Source of the DNA: Chitinophaga pinensis
GTDB taxonomy: Bacteria; Bacteroidota; Bacteroidia; UBA4408
Assembly (NCBI GenBank): GCA_945872355.1
Contig: CAMBZU010000007.1
Coordinates: forward strand, 184-64,183
Direction of reading: 5' to 3'
Length of the DNA: 64,000 nucleotides
Shown: positions 48,831-59,561 of the stretch, piece after piece
Layout of the letters: every line of letters starts with the position of its first letter
Position numbering within the stretch: position 1 is the stretch's first letter
Notes under the pieces: generated by a model
Databases searched by the model: none
Seen by the model: the letters and a program-made list of their open reading frames with translations, nothing else
Told to the model about the DNA's origin: nothing
Position numbers and translations under genes: made by a program

Positions 48831-49976
48831 ATGCGAATTGCATTGGTGACTGATGGAATTTTCCCTTATGTAATTGGAGGTATGCAAAAGCATTCCTACT
48901 ACCTTTGTAAATTTTTAGTGCAATTAGGTGTAGAGGTTGATTTATATCATACAAATGACAGCAATTTAGACATTTCAAAACTTGAGTTGTTTACTGAAGA
49001 TGAAAAATCAAAAATAAATTCCATTGTTATAAAATTTCCTCCTTCTGATAAACTGCCGGGTCATTATTTGAGATCATCCTACAAATATTCTTTAGCAATT
49101 TACGATGCCTATAAAAAAAGAGAAAAGGTAGATTTTATATATTGCAAGGGTTTTTCGGGCTGGAAATTGACACAGGAAAAAAAATCAAAAAAAATTACAA
49201 CACCTTTAGCTGTTAACTTTCATGGTTATGAAATGTTTCAACCACCAACTAATTTTAAAATTAAAATTCAAAATGAACTTTTGTTTAAAGGTCCTGTTAA
49301 ATTTATTTGTAATAATGCCGATTACGTTTTTTCTTATGGCTCAAAGATAGATGATGTTATTAAGGCAATACCAGTAGCTGCTTCAAAAATAATTTCTATT
49401 CCAACTGGTATAGCATCTGCATGGCTGAATGAAAATATAAAACCAACTACGCCCGTTAAAAAGTTTTTATTTATTGGACGTTATGAGCGAAGAAAGGGAA
49501 TTCAAGAATTAACAAAGGCAATTGCACAACTTAATAATCTCAATTGTGAATTTCATTTTATTGGTCCTATCCCAAAACAAAATCAATTGATAAAAGAAAA
49601 TGTAATTTACCACGGTTCAATTACTAATCAAGATGAAATAAAAGAAATTACAAGAAATAGTGATGTGTTAATTTGTCCGAGTTACAGCGAAGGCATGCCA
49701 AATGTAATTATGGAAGGTATGGCAAGTGGCTTGGCAATAATTGCAAGCAATGTAGGTGCTGTTGACTTACTTGTGAGTAATAAAAATGGGTATTTACTGG
49801 CCTTAACAGAATTAAACAGCTTAGCGCCAATTATTGAAAAATTTATTGAAATGCCGGCTGAACATATTGATTCAATGAAAAGAAATTCTTTTGATATAAT
49901 TAAAAATAGTTTTTTGTGGAGCAATATTGCGCAACTGCACCTTAATTTTTTCAATGATGCTATTAAAAAATATTAG
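48831..49976 (+). CDS. Glycosyltransferase family 4
   Basis: MRIALVTDGIFPYVIGGMQKH N-terminus and an EX7E region SYSEGMPNVIMEGMASGLAII. The ORF-track start 48801 is a TTG lying inside the promoter box. Confidence 0.8.
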   Translation: MRIALVTDGIFPYVIGGMQKHSYYLCKFLVQLGVEVDLYHTNDSNLDISKLELFTEDEKSKINSIVIKFPPSDKLPGHYLRSSYKYSLAIYDAYKKREKVDFIYCKGFSGWKLTQEKKSKKITTPLAVNFHGYEMFQPPTNFKIKIQNELLFKGPVKFICNNADYVFSYGSKIDDVIKAIPVAASKIISIPTGIASAWLNENIKPTTPVKKFLFIGRYERRKGIQELTKAIAQLNNLNCEFHFIGPIPKQNQLIKENVIYHGSITNQDEIKEITRNSDVLICPSYSEGMPNVIMEGMASGLAIIASNVGAVDLLVSNKNGYLLALTELNSLAPIIEKFIEMPAEHIDSMKRNSFDIIKNSFLWSNIAQLHLNFFNDAIKKY

Positions 49977-49982
49977 AAATTA

Positions 49983-51269
49983 ATGCTCAACAGCGCGCGA
50001 ATAACACTTTTAATTTTTATCTCCATTTTTGTAAGCTCCATTACATTCTTCAATACGCCTTTTGAAGGTTATTTGCACTACATTATTTTTTTGATTTTAC
50101 TCCCTAGATTTTATTCTCAGTTTGGATTTCCCAAAACTCCTATAAAATTACTTTTTATTCCATGTGTTTTAGGTATTCTTCAAATATATACAGGTAACAA
50201 TACCTGGGCAGGGTTTATGAAAATTTTTATTGGTGTTTTATTGTCTGCTAGTTTTTACCAATATGTGATGATGTATTTTAAATTCAATGTAGAGAAAATA
50301 TTTTCGTATTACATGAAAGGTGCCTATATTGTTTCTATTATTGGCATTGTTGAAGTAGTGAGTTACTACATTGGCTTTACACCGGGTTATGACTACCGAT
50401 GGCTTTTCAACAAATGGGGTATTGTACCTAATTCAATTGGTGGCATTAGAATGAATTCTATTTTTTCGGAAGCTTCACAATGTGCTATAATGATTGCACC
50501 TGCGATCTTCGTTGTTTTGTATAATATCATTTTTCGAAAGAATTACTTTATTCATACCCAAAAAGGAATGTTGATATTATTGGCCACTATTTTAACAACT
50601 TCTTCAACTGGATATATAGGCTTATTTATTAGCGGCATTTTAATTATCTTAAACTACGCTAAAATTTCAAATTTTATTGCTGCAGCTGTCTTGTTTTTTG
50701 CAATTGGTTCACTTTTATATGGCAATGTGCCTGAGGTTAAAAGCCGTTTTGATAGTGGAATAGGTTTATGGATTGATGAGGATTTTTCGAACGAAAATGT
50801 TAATTCCTCAAGTTTTGTTTTATATAATCATTATCACATTGCTGTAGAAAATTTCAAAGCTAACCCTATAGCTGGAACTGGATTAGGTTCGCATGCTATA
50901 GCATTTGAAAAGTACTCATTAACAAAACAGGTTGGAATTTTAAATATTGATTTTAATAAATCGGATGCCAATAGTATGTTTTTAAGATTGCTTTCCGAAA
51001 CTGGACTGCTTGGCATGCTATTTATTTTTATTTTTATTTTTAAATTTTATGTGATTAGAAGCAGAACAAATATCGACTCTCAGCATTGGATTATTGGCAA
51101 TGCGGTTTTGGTTATTATCATTCTTTATTTACTTCGCCAAGGCAATTACTTTATTAATGGCTTTCCTATTTTTATGTGGATCTATTATTATAATTATGTA
51201 GATTTTCATTCAAGATATGGAAATGAACAAGTTCAAATTGAACCTAAAACCAATTTAGTAAATGCATAA
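49983..51269 (+). CDS. O-antigen ligase/polymerase-like (Wzy-type) polytopic membrane protein
   Basis: More than 10 predicted TM helices with one larger loop, in a polysaccharide locus context. Confidence 0.65.
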   Translation: MLNSARITLLIFISIFVSSITFFNTPFEGYLHYIIFLILLPRFYSQFGFPKTPIKLLFIPCVLGILQIYTGNNTWAGFMKIFIGVLLSASFYQYVMMYFKFNVEKIFSYYMKGAYIVSIIGIVEVVSYYIGFTPGYDYRWLFNKWGIVPNSIGGIRMNSIFSEASQCAIMIAPAIFVVLYNIIFRKNYFIHTQKGMLILLATILTTSSTGYIGLFISGILIILNYAKISNFIAAAVLFFAIGSLLYGNVPEVKSRFDSGIGLWIDEDFSNENVNSSSFVLYNHYHIAVENFKANPIAGTGLGSHAIAFEKYSLTKQVGILNIDFNKSDANSMFLRLLSETGLLGMLFIFIFIFKFYVIRSRTNIDSQHWIIGNAVLVIIILYLLRQGNYFINGFPIFMWIYYYNYVDFHSRYGNEQVQIEPKTNLVNA

Positions 51270-51629
51270 AATTGTATTTTTATATAAAGCACTCGCTGGC
51301 TATTTCTTATACTGCATCAGCGAACTTATAAAAATAAAAGATGTTGAAGTGTTGTGTAAAGTTAGCTGGCCAGGTTCCCACTTTTATGCAGCCAAGCGGT
51401 GGGCGCAAATTCAGCTTTTTTAGAAGATGCTATGAATGGCTATATTTTTGAAACAAACAATGCAAGTGCTATTGAAAAAATGATGAATAAAATTATTTTA
51501 AAAACGCCACCAAAATTGCTCAGCATAGTTGCGAAAAGTGCGTTAAAAGCAGTTGATATAACTCCGCAAAAGTGGGGATCAAGTTTAATGAGTGAGTTGA
51601 CAAAAAATAAAATGTTATGTGTGGTATAA
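51262..51629 (+). pseudogene. Glycosyltransferase (GT4-like) remnant with a large internal deletion
   Basis: N-terminal stub MHKIVFLYKALAGYFLYCISELIKIKDVEV (ends at the stop codon 51421-51423). A different frame, open from 51366, encodes a GT4 C-terminal tail ...FPLLCSQAVGANSAFLEDAMNGYIFETNN.... About 250 aa of the core are missing. Confidence 0.5.
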
Positions 51630-53503
51630 ATGGAATTTTAGGTATTGAAAATACAGAAAAAGGGAAACTTTTTTTAGCAAAAATGAATACCAAAATGGCT
51701 CATAGAGGCCCTGATGATGAAGGTATTTATGCTGATGTAAATATTGCGCTTGGTCAAAGAAGATTATCAATTATAGATTTAACAAGCGCTGGTCACCAAC
51801 CCATGTGGAGCAACGACAAAAGATATTGCATTGTATACAACGGTGAGCTCTATAATTTCAAGGAACTAAAATTTGATTTAGAGCGCGCCAGTAGAGGTAG
51901 TGAAGATAAGCCATATCATTTTATTTCTACTTCAGATACCGAAGTAATATTGGCTGCATACAGCAGATGGGGAAAAGATTGCTTAAGTAGATTCAATGGA
52001 ATGTATGGCTTTGCTATTTGGGATGAACAAAAAAAAGAATTATTTATTGCCAGAGATCGCTTAGGAATAAAACCGATTTACTACAGCATTAAAAATCAAG
52101 TATTGGCGTTTTCATCTGAGATTAGATCATTGCTAGAATCGGAAATTGTACCAAGAAAATTAAATGCAGATGCTTTACCTGATTACTTAAGGTATCAAAC
52201 AGTGCATGCTCCGCAAACAATGGTGAAAGATGTGTATATGCTGCTACCCGGGCATTACATTATTGCAAATACTAATGAAATTAAAATCCAAAAATATTGG
52301 GATATCAATCAATTCACGCCTTCAAAAGCTATTGATGCGCCCTACAATAAAGTTTGTGCAAAAGTAAATACCCTTTTTGAAAAAGCTGTTGAAAGAAGAT
52401 TGGTGGCAGATGTGCCTTTTGGTGCGTTTTTATCGGGTGGTATAGATAGTAGTGCAGTTGTTGGAATGATGAGCAAAGTGTCAACTTCTAAAGTAAAAAC
52501 TTTCTCCGTAGTATTTGAAGATGAACAATTTAATGAAGCAAAATATGCACGAATAATCGCTCAAAAATTTAATACTGAACATCATGAAATAAAACTTACA
52601 CCTGCTGATTTTAAAAATGTATTGAATGATGCTTTGCTGGCAATGGATCATCCTAGCGGAGATGGCCCAAATACTTATGTAGTTAGTAAAGCCACAAAAA
52701 ATGCTGGTATCACAATGGCTTTATCAGGCTTGGGTGGTGATGAATTATTTGCTGGCTATGATATTTTTAATCGTACATTAAAATTAGATAAATTAAAATG
52801 GCTCAGCGGCATTCCTGGTATTGCTCTTGCTGCTAAACTAAATTTATTACTTAGGCCAAGTGTTTCTGCTGCAAAAATTGCTGAATTATTAGATTTAAAT
52901 TCTTTGAATTTTAAAAACACATATCCCTTTTCGCGGCAAGTTTTATTGGAAGAGCAAATTGCTAAATTATTGAAGGAAAGAAGTAAGGCCAAAAATAGCG
53001 TGGCTGAAATCATTAAAAATATAGATGCAAAAAGCGGAAATTTATTATCTGCTGTTGGAATTGCTGAAATTAGCACCTACATGCAAAATATATTATTGCG
53101 TGATACAGATCAAATGAGCATGGCACATGCCCTCGAAATAAGAGTGCCATTTTTAGACTACGAACTCGTAGAATACGTGATTGGATTGACGGACAATTAT
53201 AAAATACCTGTTACACCTAAAAAACTATTGATAGATTCACTAGGTGATATGCTTCCGCCTGAAATAGTGAACAGACCAAAAATGGGTTTTACTTTACCTT
53301 GGAAAAACTGGTTAAAATCAGATTTAAGATCTTTATGTGAAGAAAATTTAAATCTGTTAGGTCAAAATCCTCATTTTAATGCAAAAGAATTAAATTCACT
53401 TTGGCAGCGTTTTTTAAAGGATGACCCTTTTATTACATGGAGTAGAATTTGGTATTTGGTTGTACTTCAAAGTTGGATTACTAACAATAAAATTGATGTT
53501 TGA
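51617..53503 (+). CDS. asnB: Asparagine synthase (glutamine-hydrolysing), polysaccharide-locus type
   Basis: N-terminal MCGI nucleophile and PP-loop FLSGGIDSS. Confidence 0.9.
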   Translation: MCGINGILGIENTEKGKLFLAKMNTKMAHRGPDDEGIYADVNIALGQRRLSIIDLTSAGHQPMWSNDKRYCIVYNGELYNFKELKFDLERASRGSEDKPYHFISTSDTEVILAAYSRWGKDCLSRFNGMYGFAIWDEQKKELFIARDRLGIKPIYYSIKNQVLAFSSEIRSLLESEIVPRKLNADALPDYLRYQTVHAPQTMVKDVYMLLPGHYIIANTNEIKIQKYWDINQFTPSKAIDAPYNKVCAKVNTLFEKAVERRLVADVPFGAFLSGGIDSSAVVGMMSKVSTSKVKTFSVVFEDEQFNEAKYARIIAQKFNTEHHEIKLTPADFKNVLNDALLAMDHPSGDGPNTYVVSKATKNAGITMALSGLGGDELFAGYDIFNRTLKLDKLKWLSGIPGIALAAKLNLLLRPSVSAAKIAELLDLNSLNFKNTYPFSRQVLLEEQIAKLLKERSKAKNSVAEIIKNIDAKSGNLLSAVGIAEISTYMQNILLRDTDQMSMAHALEIRVPFLDYELVEYVIGLTDNYKIPVTPKKLLIDSLGDMLPPEIVNRPKMGFTLPWKNWLKSDLRSLCEENLNLLGQNPHFNAKELNSLWQRFLKDDPFITWSRIWYLVVLQSWITNNKIDV

Positions 53504-53597
53504 TTTTTGGCAGCATTTTAAAATCTTGATCGGAAGTGCCTCTTATAATGATTCACTTTTCATTTACATTGAAAGTAAAAATCGCAACTAAAAATAA

Positions 53598-56258
53598 TTA
53601 TCTAATCAAAACAACTTTACCATTGTATGTTCTACTCTTTCCTTTAATATCGACCACTTTTAAAAGGTAAACATAGACACCCTGTGGAGCGCTATTCCCC
53701 TTAAAGCTTCCATTCCAACCGTCTTCTGGCCCAATTGATGAATAAATATTTTCACCCCAGCGATTGTATATTTCAAAATCATATTCCTTCAATCCAATGG
53801 TTGAAGGTTTAAAAATATCATTTAATCCATCGCCATTAGGCGTAAATGCATCAGGAATAAACAATCTAAATTCGGGATAGATATACACTGTAAGACTTAT
53901 GCTATCTATACAATTCAATTCGTTCTTCACAATTTGTGTTACTTTAAAATAGCCCGTATCTTTAAATGTATGTGTATAATCACAATTTTCTATAAAGGTA
54001 CCATCGCTTATGCGCAATGCACAAAATACAGCCATTTTTGATGTGTCTGAAAATGCTATCAAAGGATTAAAAATACTTGCTTCCAAAGGTTCAGCCAATA
54101 AACCTGCAATTGGATAGGGGTAAACATGAACAGCATTAGGTAAAATGTAGGTTGAAGTATCTACGCAGCCAATCGTAGTTATTACCGTTAAAGATATGGT
54201 ATAAGCGCCCGTATCAACATAAGAATAACTTGGATTTTGAATATTGATGCTGTTGTTATCCCCCAAATTCCAATTGTAAATCATAGGGGTTGAAGCAGAG
54301 CTGCTATCTATAAATTGCGTATACACTGGGCTACAACCAAAGCCGCCATCTATAATAAATCGAGCTTCAGGGCTTGGGTATAAACCAACCGAATCAGTAA
54401 TTGATTTTGTACAACCATATTGACTCATAGTTAAAGTAACCGGGTAATTGCCTAATTGAGAAAAAACAATGTCTTGAGGATTTTGAATAACTGTTTGCGT
54501 TGTAGAAGCTGTTGACCCAAAATTCCAATCAAAAACTGCATCAATGGTAAAAGCGCCTCCAGCTTCAAAGTCAAAACTATTGTTTTCGAAACATTGATCT
54601 TCTGCACCAATGATTAATGGGTTGAGCGAAGGAAAAACCCAAAAACTCAAATTCGCTGTATCACTGCATAATCCTTGGTTATAAGCTATTAAAGTGATAT
54701 TGTAAATTCCTGTATCAGGAAACACATATTGTGATTGAAACAAATGACTTGTATCAGATAAAATACCATTAATGCCAAAATCCCAATCCCAAGCATTTGA
54801 ATTGGTAGAGTTATTTACAAAATCTATTTGTGTGCCAACACAATATTGATTTATTGGCGCAATTTCAGCAACTGGTTTAGAAACTGTCAACACATTTCCA
54901 TTGCCAACAAATGTATCGGTACATCCATATTGCGAAATAGTAAGTAAAACTGAACTCGCCCCTAAAGTTGAAAAATTAATTCCTGTAGGATTTTGTTGCG
55001 TGCTTGTTTGAGGAATTGCACCAACACCAAAATCCCATAAAAAAGTAGCATCAGCTGCAAAATTTCCTCCTGCTAAAAAATCAAAGCTATTATTTTCGAA
55101 ACACTGTGGCTGCGGCGATGTAACATCGGCAGCCAATAATGGATATACTTCAAAGTTAGTAAAAGCAGTATCATAACAATTACCTATGGGATCGAAAGCG
55201 ATCAGCATCACATTATAAATTCCTGAATCAGGATAAGTGTAACTTGTAGACATTAAATTAGAAGTATCGGCATTGCTTGTTAAATCTCCAAAATCCCAAT
55301 AATAGGTATTTGAATTTACACTTGCAGCACCATTAAAATTAACTGTAAAACCATTGCAAAAAAGTGTTTGAGCTGGTATAGAGGCTATAGCAGCATCGCA
55401 AAATAATATGTTGAATTGAAAATCTCTTTTATTGGTACTTAACAAAACGCCATTTCTATATTCGCTTACGCAAACGCCTACAACATATTGTCCAATTGTA
55501 GTTGGTGTACCTGTAATAAATCCGGTTGAAGCGTTGATATTAAATGCTGGATTTGCATCTATTGGATTAGCACCTGTGTAACCAGCTAGGTAATTTACGA
55601 ATGGAAAAGGTGGAGGATCAGGAGGATTAGGTGCGGGAATTGTTGAGGATGCACCTGAATAAGGATCACAAAAACTATACACCAATAAATCACCATCAGG
55701 ATCGGTGGCCACATGGTCAAAGTTAAAATTTACATTGCTGCAAAGAAATAAAGGAGGAAAATTACTAAACCTTGGACTACTATTGCAGGTTGCAAGGCCA
55801 GGATCAGGTATATGTGCCAAATAACTCGCACCAGTTCCTCCGGGATCAAATAAGTTTGTGATTGTTCCATTTCTACAACACCTTTGATAAACAATATTAT
55901 AACCTCCTGCTAATGGCGGCAAATTAACAGTTTGTTCATAGATAGCTTCTTCGACACAAACATTTGCAGGTGGCACTAAACAAGGGCTAATTACTAAAGG
56001 TGGGATAGGATTTGGCCCCACATAATTCATACTTAAAGTATTCAAAAGTGCACTGGAAGCATTATAAATACCAATAAAGGCGGGCGAGTCAAAGGGCGCC
56101 TGCCCATTATAACAATCTCTATAAAGTTTGAGGGTTATTTTATAATTGTTGCTGCCAACACAGGTATAGTATATTTCACCTCCAACAATATGCGTGGCAG
56201 AGGCCTTATTATAAAGCAGAAAAAAAATTAATACAATATAATAGACACTGCCACGCAA
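53598..56258 (-). CDS. Large secreted PKD-repeat protein with T9SS type B (gliding-motility-associated) C-terminal domain
   Basis: N-terminal HIVGGEIYYTC...YRDC module and PKD-like repeats (Y.WDFGD). The C-terminus is FIPDAFTPNGDGLNDIFKP...YNRWGE...GVYVYLLKV. The start is apparently TTG and is uncertain. Confidence 0.8.
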   Translation of the reverse strand: MRGSVYYIVLIFFLLYNKASATHIVGGEIYYTCVGSNNYKITLKLYRDCYNGQAPFDSPAFIGIYNASSALLNTLSMNYVGPNPIPPLVISPCLVPPANVCVEEAIYEQTVNLPPLAGGYNIVYQRCCRNGTITNLFDPGGTGASYLAHIPDPGLATCNSSPRFSNFPPLFLCSNVNFNFDHVATDPDGDLLVYSFCDPYSGASSTIPAPNPPDPPPFPFVNYLAGYTGANPIDANPAFNINASTGFITGTPTTIGQYVVGVCVSEYRNGVLLSTNKRDFQFNILFCDAAIASIPAQTLFCNGFTVNFNGAASVNSNTYYWDFGDLTSNADTSNLMSTSYTYPDSGIYNVMLIAFDPIGNCYDTAFTNFEVYPLLAADVTSPQPQCFENNSFDFLAGGNFAADATFLWDFGVGAIPQTSTQQNPTGINFSTLGASSVLLTISQYGCTDTFVGNGNVLTVSKPVAEIAPINQYCVGTQIDFVNNSTNSNAWDWDFGINGILSDTSHLFQSQYVFPDTGIYNITLIAYNQGLCSDTANLSFWVFPSLNPLIIGAEDQCFENNSFDFEAGGAFTIDAVFDWNFGSTASTTQTVIQNPQDIVFSQLGNYPVTLTMSQYGCTKSITDSVGLYPSPEARFIIDGGFGCSPVYTQFIDSSSASTPMIYNWNLGDNNSINIQNPSYSYVDTGAYTISLTVITTIGCVDTSTYILPNAVHVYPYPIAGLLAEPLEASIFNPLIAFSDTSKMAVFCALRISDGTFIENCDYTHTFKDTGYFKVTQIVKNELNCIDSISLTVYIYPEFRLFIPDAFTPNGDGLNDIFKPSTIGLKEYDFEIYNRWGENIYSSIGPEDGWNGSFKGNSAPQGVYVYLLKVVDIKGKSRTYNGKVVLIR

Positions 56259-56303
56259 TTAAAAAAAATTTAAGTTGATTTCTTATTGAATCGTAGTTGT
56301 ATT

Positions 56304-59300
56304 TTACTTCATCAATTGAAAAAAGCCTTTCTTTGGATCAATTGTACCTAATTCAAGTGTAAAGAAATATACTCCTGAATTTAAATCAACTGGTGCCCAA
56401 TTATTTTGGTAGTTATCAGATTCAAAAACTTTTTTGCCCCAACGGTTAAATACTGCTAATTTTGGGTTTGGAAAAAGTTCAAGATTTTCAAATACTAAAA
56501 ACTGATTTTCACCATCACCATTTGGAGTAATTATATTTGGTACAATAACATCACAATCTTTTCTCAATGGCACAACCACTTCATCGAAAGAAGTGTTACC
56601 ACATAAATCTGTAACTGTTACTCTATATGTTACAGCATAGTCTATGGTAGGATTTATTGAAACATTGGTATTTCCTGTGAAAGCAGTTAAAGTAATTAAA
56701 TCTTCCCAAAGATAGCTATAGCTTCCTGCACCACCACCGGCAATCACACTTAACTGAATAGGATTTCCTGCACAAACTGTTGTATCTTGACTTGCAATAG
56801 CTGTTAATGCATCGTAAGTTGCAATTGTAATTCTAATACTATCTACCACAGGAGTTTGCAGGCAAACATCTGTCATGGTAAGGTAATATACCACACTTGT
56901 TGCTGGTTGAGCTATAGCAACAGTATCACCTGGCAAAGGAACTGTACCTGCACTCCACGTAAAAGTATATGGCCTAGCACCATTACTGTAGGTTGGGTTA
57001 ATAGTAATTCCTGTATTAGGGCAAGGCAATATAATATCATTCCCAAGATTTAGGCTTATTGGCGTATATGGCAATACATTAACAGTTACGTTTTGTATTA
57101 GTGGTGCGCTGCCACAGGCATCGGTAACTGTTAATACATAAGTTGTGTCTTGGTTAAGTTGAGCTGTAGTAAATGAAGCAGCACTACTAACTATATTTCC
57201 ATTCAATGTCCATGAATAAGTGTAACCCGGAAAACCACCTGATGCAACAGCAGTAACTGCTGATGTGTTATTAGGACACAATATTGATGTAGCATTGGTA
57301 GTTGCTGTAATTGGCGAAGCCACAGGTACGTTAACAGTAATTGTTTGAGATGCACTTTGAGAGTTACAAGAATCTGTTACAGTATAAGTATAGCTAGTTG
57401 TAGTTCCAGGATTAACAGTTATAGCATTTGCAGTATCACCTGTACTCCAAATAACTATGTAAGGAGGAAAACCACCTTGGAAAGATGATGAAATAGTAAC
57501 ACTATCACTAGGGCAAACCAATGTGTATTGTGTTTGTGCATTGGGAGTTATCGCTTGAAGAGGATAAATCATAATACTGTCGGTCACTATAGAGTTTAAA
57601 CCGCATCCAATTTGAAGATAAGAAATTATAATTGACTCATCTTGCTCAACAATCCCATCGCTGTTTGCTGTTAAAGCTATTTGAATAAGATTTTGCCCAG
57701 GAAGGAATACCAAAGTATCGTTAATAATTGTATTATAATCTGAACCTGCAATTGCTGTTCCGCTGATTGTAATTGAAAGTGTTAGCGTATCAGAAACAGA
57801 TCCAGGACGAGAGAATTCGAAAATTCCTGTGCCGCAACCTTCAACAATAGAATTATTAATACCTGCCGTAATAATATTAAGATTTACAGGATTACCTATC
57901 GTTACAAAAACAGTATCTGTTGGAAAAGAACTTCCGCAGGCATCACCAACCTGCACAACATATGCAGTATCTTGAGTTCCAACAATATTTACATTTTGAC
58001 TGAACCCAACATAATTACCACCAAGTGTCCAAGCGTAACTATATGGTGCAACGCCTCCTGTTACTGTTGCTGTGAGCGTACCATTTGAACCTAAAGGTAT
58101 ACACAAGTCTGGCGCTGAAATTTGCATAGGAATATTTGGGGGAACTGTTACTGTTATTGAATCATTAACAGCAATACCGGTACAAGTATCGATAACGGTG
58201 TAATAATAGGTAGTTGTAAGCCCTGGACTTACTGTGATAGATGAAGCTGTATCGCCGGTGCTCCATACTATTGAATAAGGCGGATAACCTCCACTAAATT
58301 GTGCCTGAAGGGTAATATTGGTATTTGGGCAAGTTATAGACGTGTCAGATGCATTAGATACAATTGGCGTAATAGGAACAATCCAAAGACTACTTGTGAT
58401 TAAAAAAGAGCCACAAACATCTTGGGTAAAAGAAATGATGATTGACTCAGCACCTTCAACAAGGCCATCAGCAGTTGGAATAATAGGCAAAATTACTGTA
58501 TTTTCACCCGGTAAAAAAACAATAGAGTCTGGCAATAAATTATAATCAATTCCTTCTAAAGCTGTACCGGAAACAATAATTGGTAAAACTAAAGTATCAG
58601 TAACAGCACCTGGTCTATAAAATGTAAAAGCAGCTTGAGAACAACCTTCAACAATTGTTGTATCACCATTTATAGTATTAGAAACAACAGACACTGCGTT
58701 AGATGTAAAACTTAAAGCTTCAAGAAAAACTCCCGAATCCAAAGAACCATCTGAACCATCTGCTATAGCTAATCTAATATGATAAGTTTCACCACAAATA
58801 ACGGGAGAAATAGCTGTAAAAACAGTTGTAAAACCGTTTAATGCGACTGTGGTATTGTTGGCATTATCAATATAATATTGATTGTTTAGAGGCCCTGTTG
58901 AACCGTTACCATTATGCACGGAGCTAATGGTAATTGGCAATGGCGGGTTAGTTCCGGGCACCACCGCAATGTTTTGTGAGTTGCCTGAAAATGGGCCTGT
59001 AATGCCAGGACCACTGATAAAAAATCCGAATACATCGTTGAACGAGCTATTAATCCATTGTGTGTATTCATCTGAACCAAACACATAGCGGAACTTAACT
59101 GTATCAGCAGCAGGAACGAAATCGAACTCTAAAATGGCAGCATCAAATGTATTTCCCACCGTAAATCCTTGACCAATTAATGGAGGAACTGAATTTGCTA
59201 AAGAAAGCAAATCTGCATTTGAACCACCAATTGGTTGGCCAAATGCAGCACCGCCTGGAGCCAAATTAGCAATATTGCCTGTTGACATAACAATTCCGCT

Positions 59301-59546
59301 ATCTAAGCCTAAATTTGAATTTACGCCATTGAAAAAACCTAGTTGAACAGACTCACCACCAGCTGGCGTAAAGGTGATGTTACTTGCAGTTACACCTGCA
59401 CCTAATAATATATCGTTAACTAAACCCTGCGCAGCACTTGGTACTGTGTACGCTGTGTTACTAATAGTAAGCTGCGCTTTTACCTGCAAAGTATTGCAAA
59501 AGAAAAGAGTAGCAAAAAAAGCAATAATTGTTTTATTTATTTTCAT
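56304..59546 (-). CDS. Giant adhesin-like protein: choice-of-anchor-L-like N-domain, 2x (Calx-beta-like plus SprB-type repeats), T9SS type B C-terminal domain
   Basis: The N-domain has FDAAILEFDFVP..DTVKFRYVFGSDEY...NDVFGFFISGPGI. SprB-like repeats carry GG.PPY...W. The C-terminus is VPNIITPNGDGENQF...FNRWGKKVFE...GVYFF. Confidence 0.8.
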   Translation of the reverse strand: MKINKTIIAFFATLFFCNTLQVKAQLTISNTAYTVPSAAQGLVNDILLGAGVTASNITFTPAGGESVQLGFFNGVNSNLGLDSGIVMSTGNIANLAPGGAAFGQPIGGSNADLLSLANSVPPLIGQGFTVGNTFDAAILEFDFVPAADTVKFRYVFGSDEYTQWINSSFNDVFGFFISGPGITGPFSGNSQNIAVVPGTNPPLPITISSVHNGNGSTGPLNNQYYIDNANNTTVALNGFTTVFTAISPVICGETYHIRLAIADGSDGSLDSGVFLEALSFTSNAVSVVSNTINGDTTIVEGCSQAAFTFYRPGAVTDTLVLPIIVSGTALEGIDYNLLPDSIVFLPGENTVILPIIPTADGLVEGAESIIISFTQDVCGSFLITSSLWIVPITPIVSNASDTSITCPNTNITLQAQFSGGYPPYSIVWSTGDTASSITVSPGLTTTYYYTVIDTCTGIAVNDSITVTVPPNIPMQISAPDLCIPLGSNGTLTATVTGGVAPYSYAWTLGGNYVGFSQNVNIVGTQDTAYVVQVGDACGSSFPTDTVFVTIGNPVNLNIITAGINNSIVEGCGTGIFEFSRPGSVSDTLTLSITISGTAIAGSDYNTIINDTLVFLPGQNLIQIALTANSDGIVEQDESIIISYLQIGCGLNSIVTDSIMIYPLQAITPNAQTQYTLVCPSDSVTISSSFQGGFPPYIVIWSTGDTANAITVNPGTTTSYTYTVTDSCNSQSASQTITVNVPVASPITATTNATSILCPNNTSAVTAVASGGFPGYTYSWTLNGNIVSSAASFTTAQLNQDTTYVLTVTDACGSAPLIQNVTVNVLPYTPISLNLGNDIILPCPNTGITINPTYSNGARPYTFTWSAGTVPLPGDTVAIAQPATSVVYYLTMTDVCLQTPVVDSIRITIATYDALTAIASQDTTVCAGNPIQLSVIAGGGAGSYSYLWEDLITLTAFTGNTNVSINPTIDYAVTYRVTVTDLCGNTSFDEVVVPLRKDCDVIVPNIITPNGDGENQFLVFENLELFPNPKLAVFNRWGKKVFESDNYQNNWAPVDLNSGVYFFTLELGTIDPKKGFFQLMK

Positions 59547-59561
59547 ATGATTTGATAGTGA

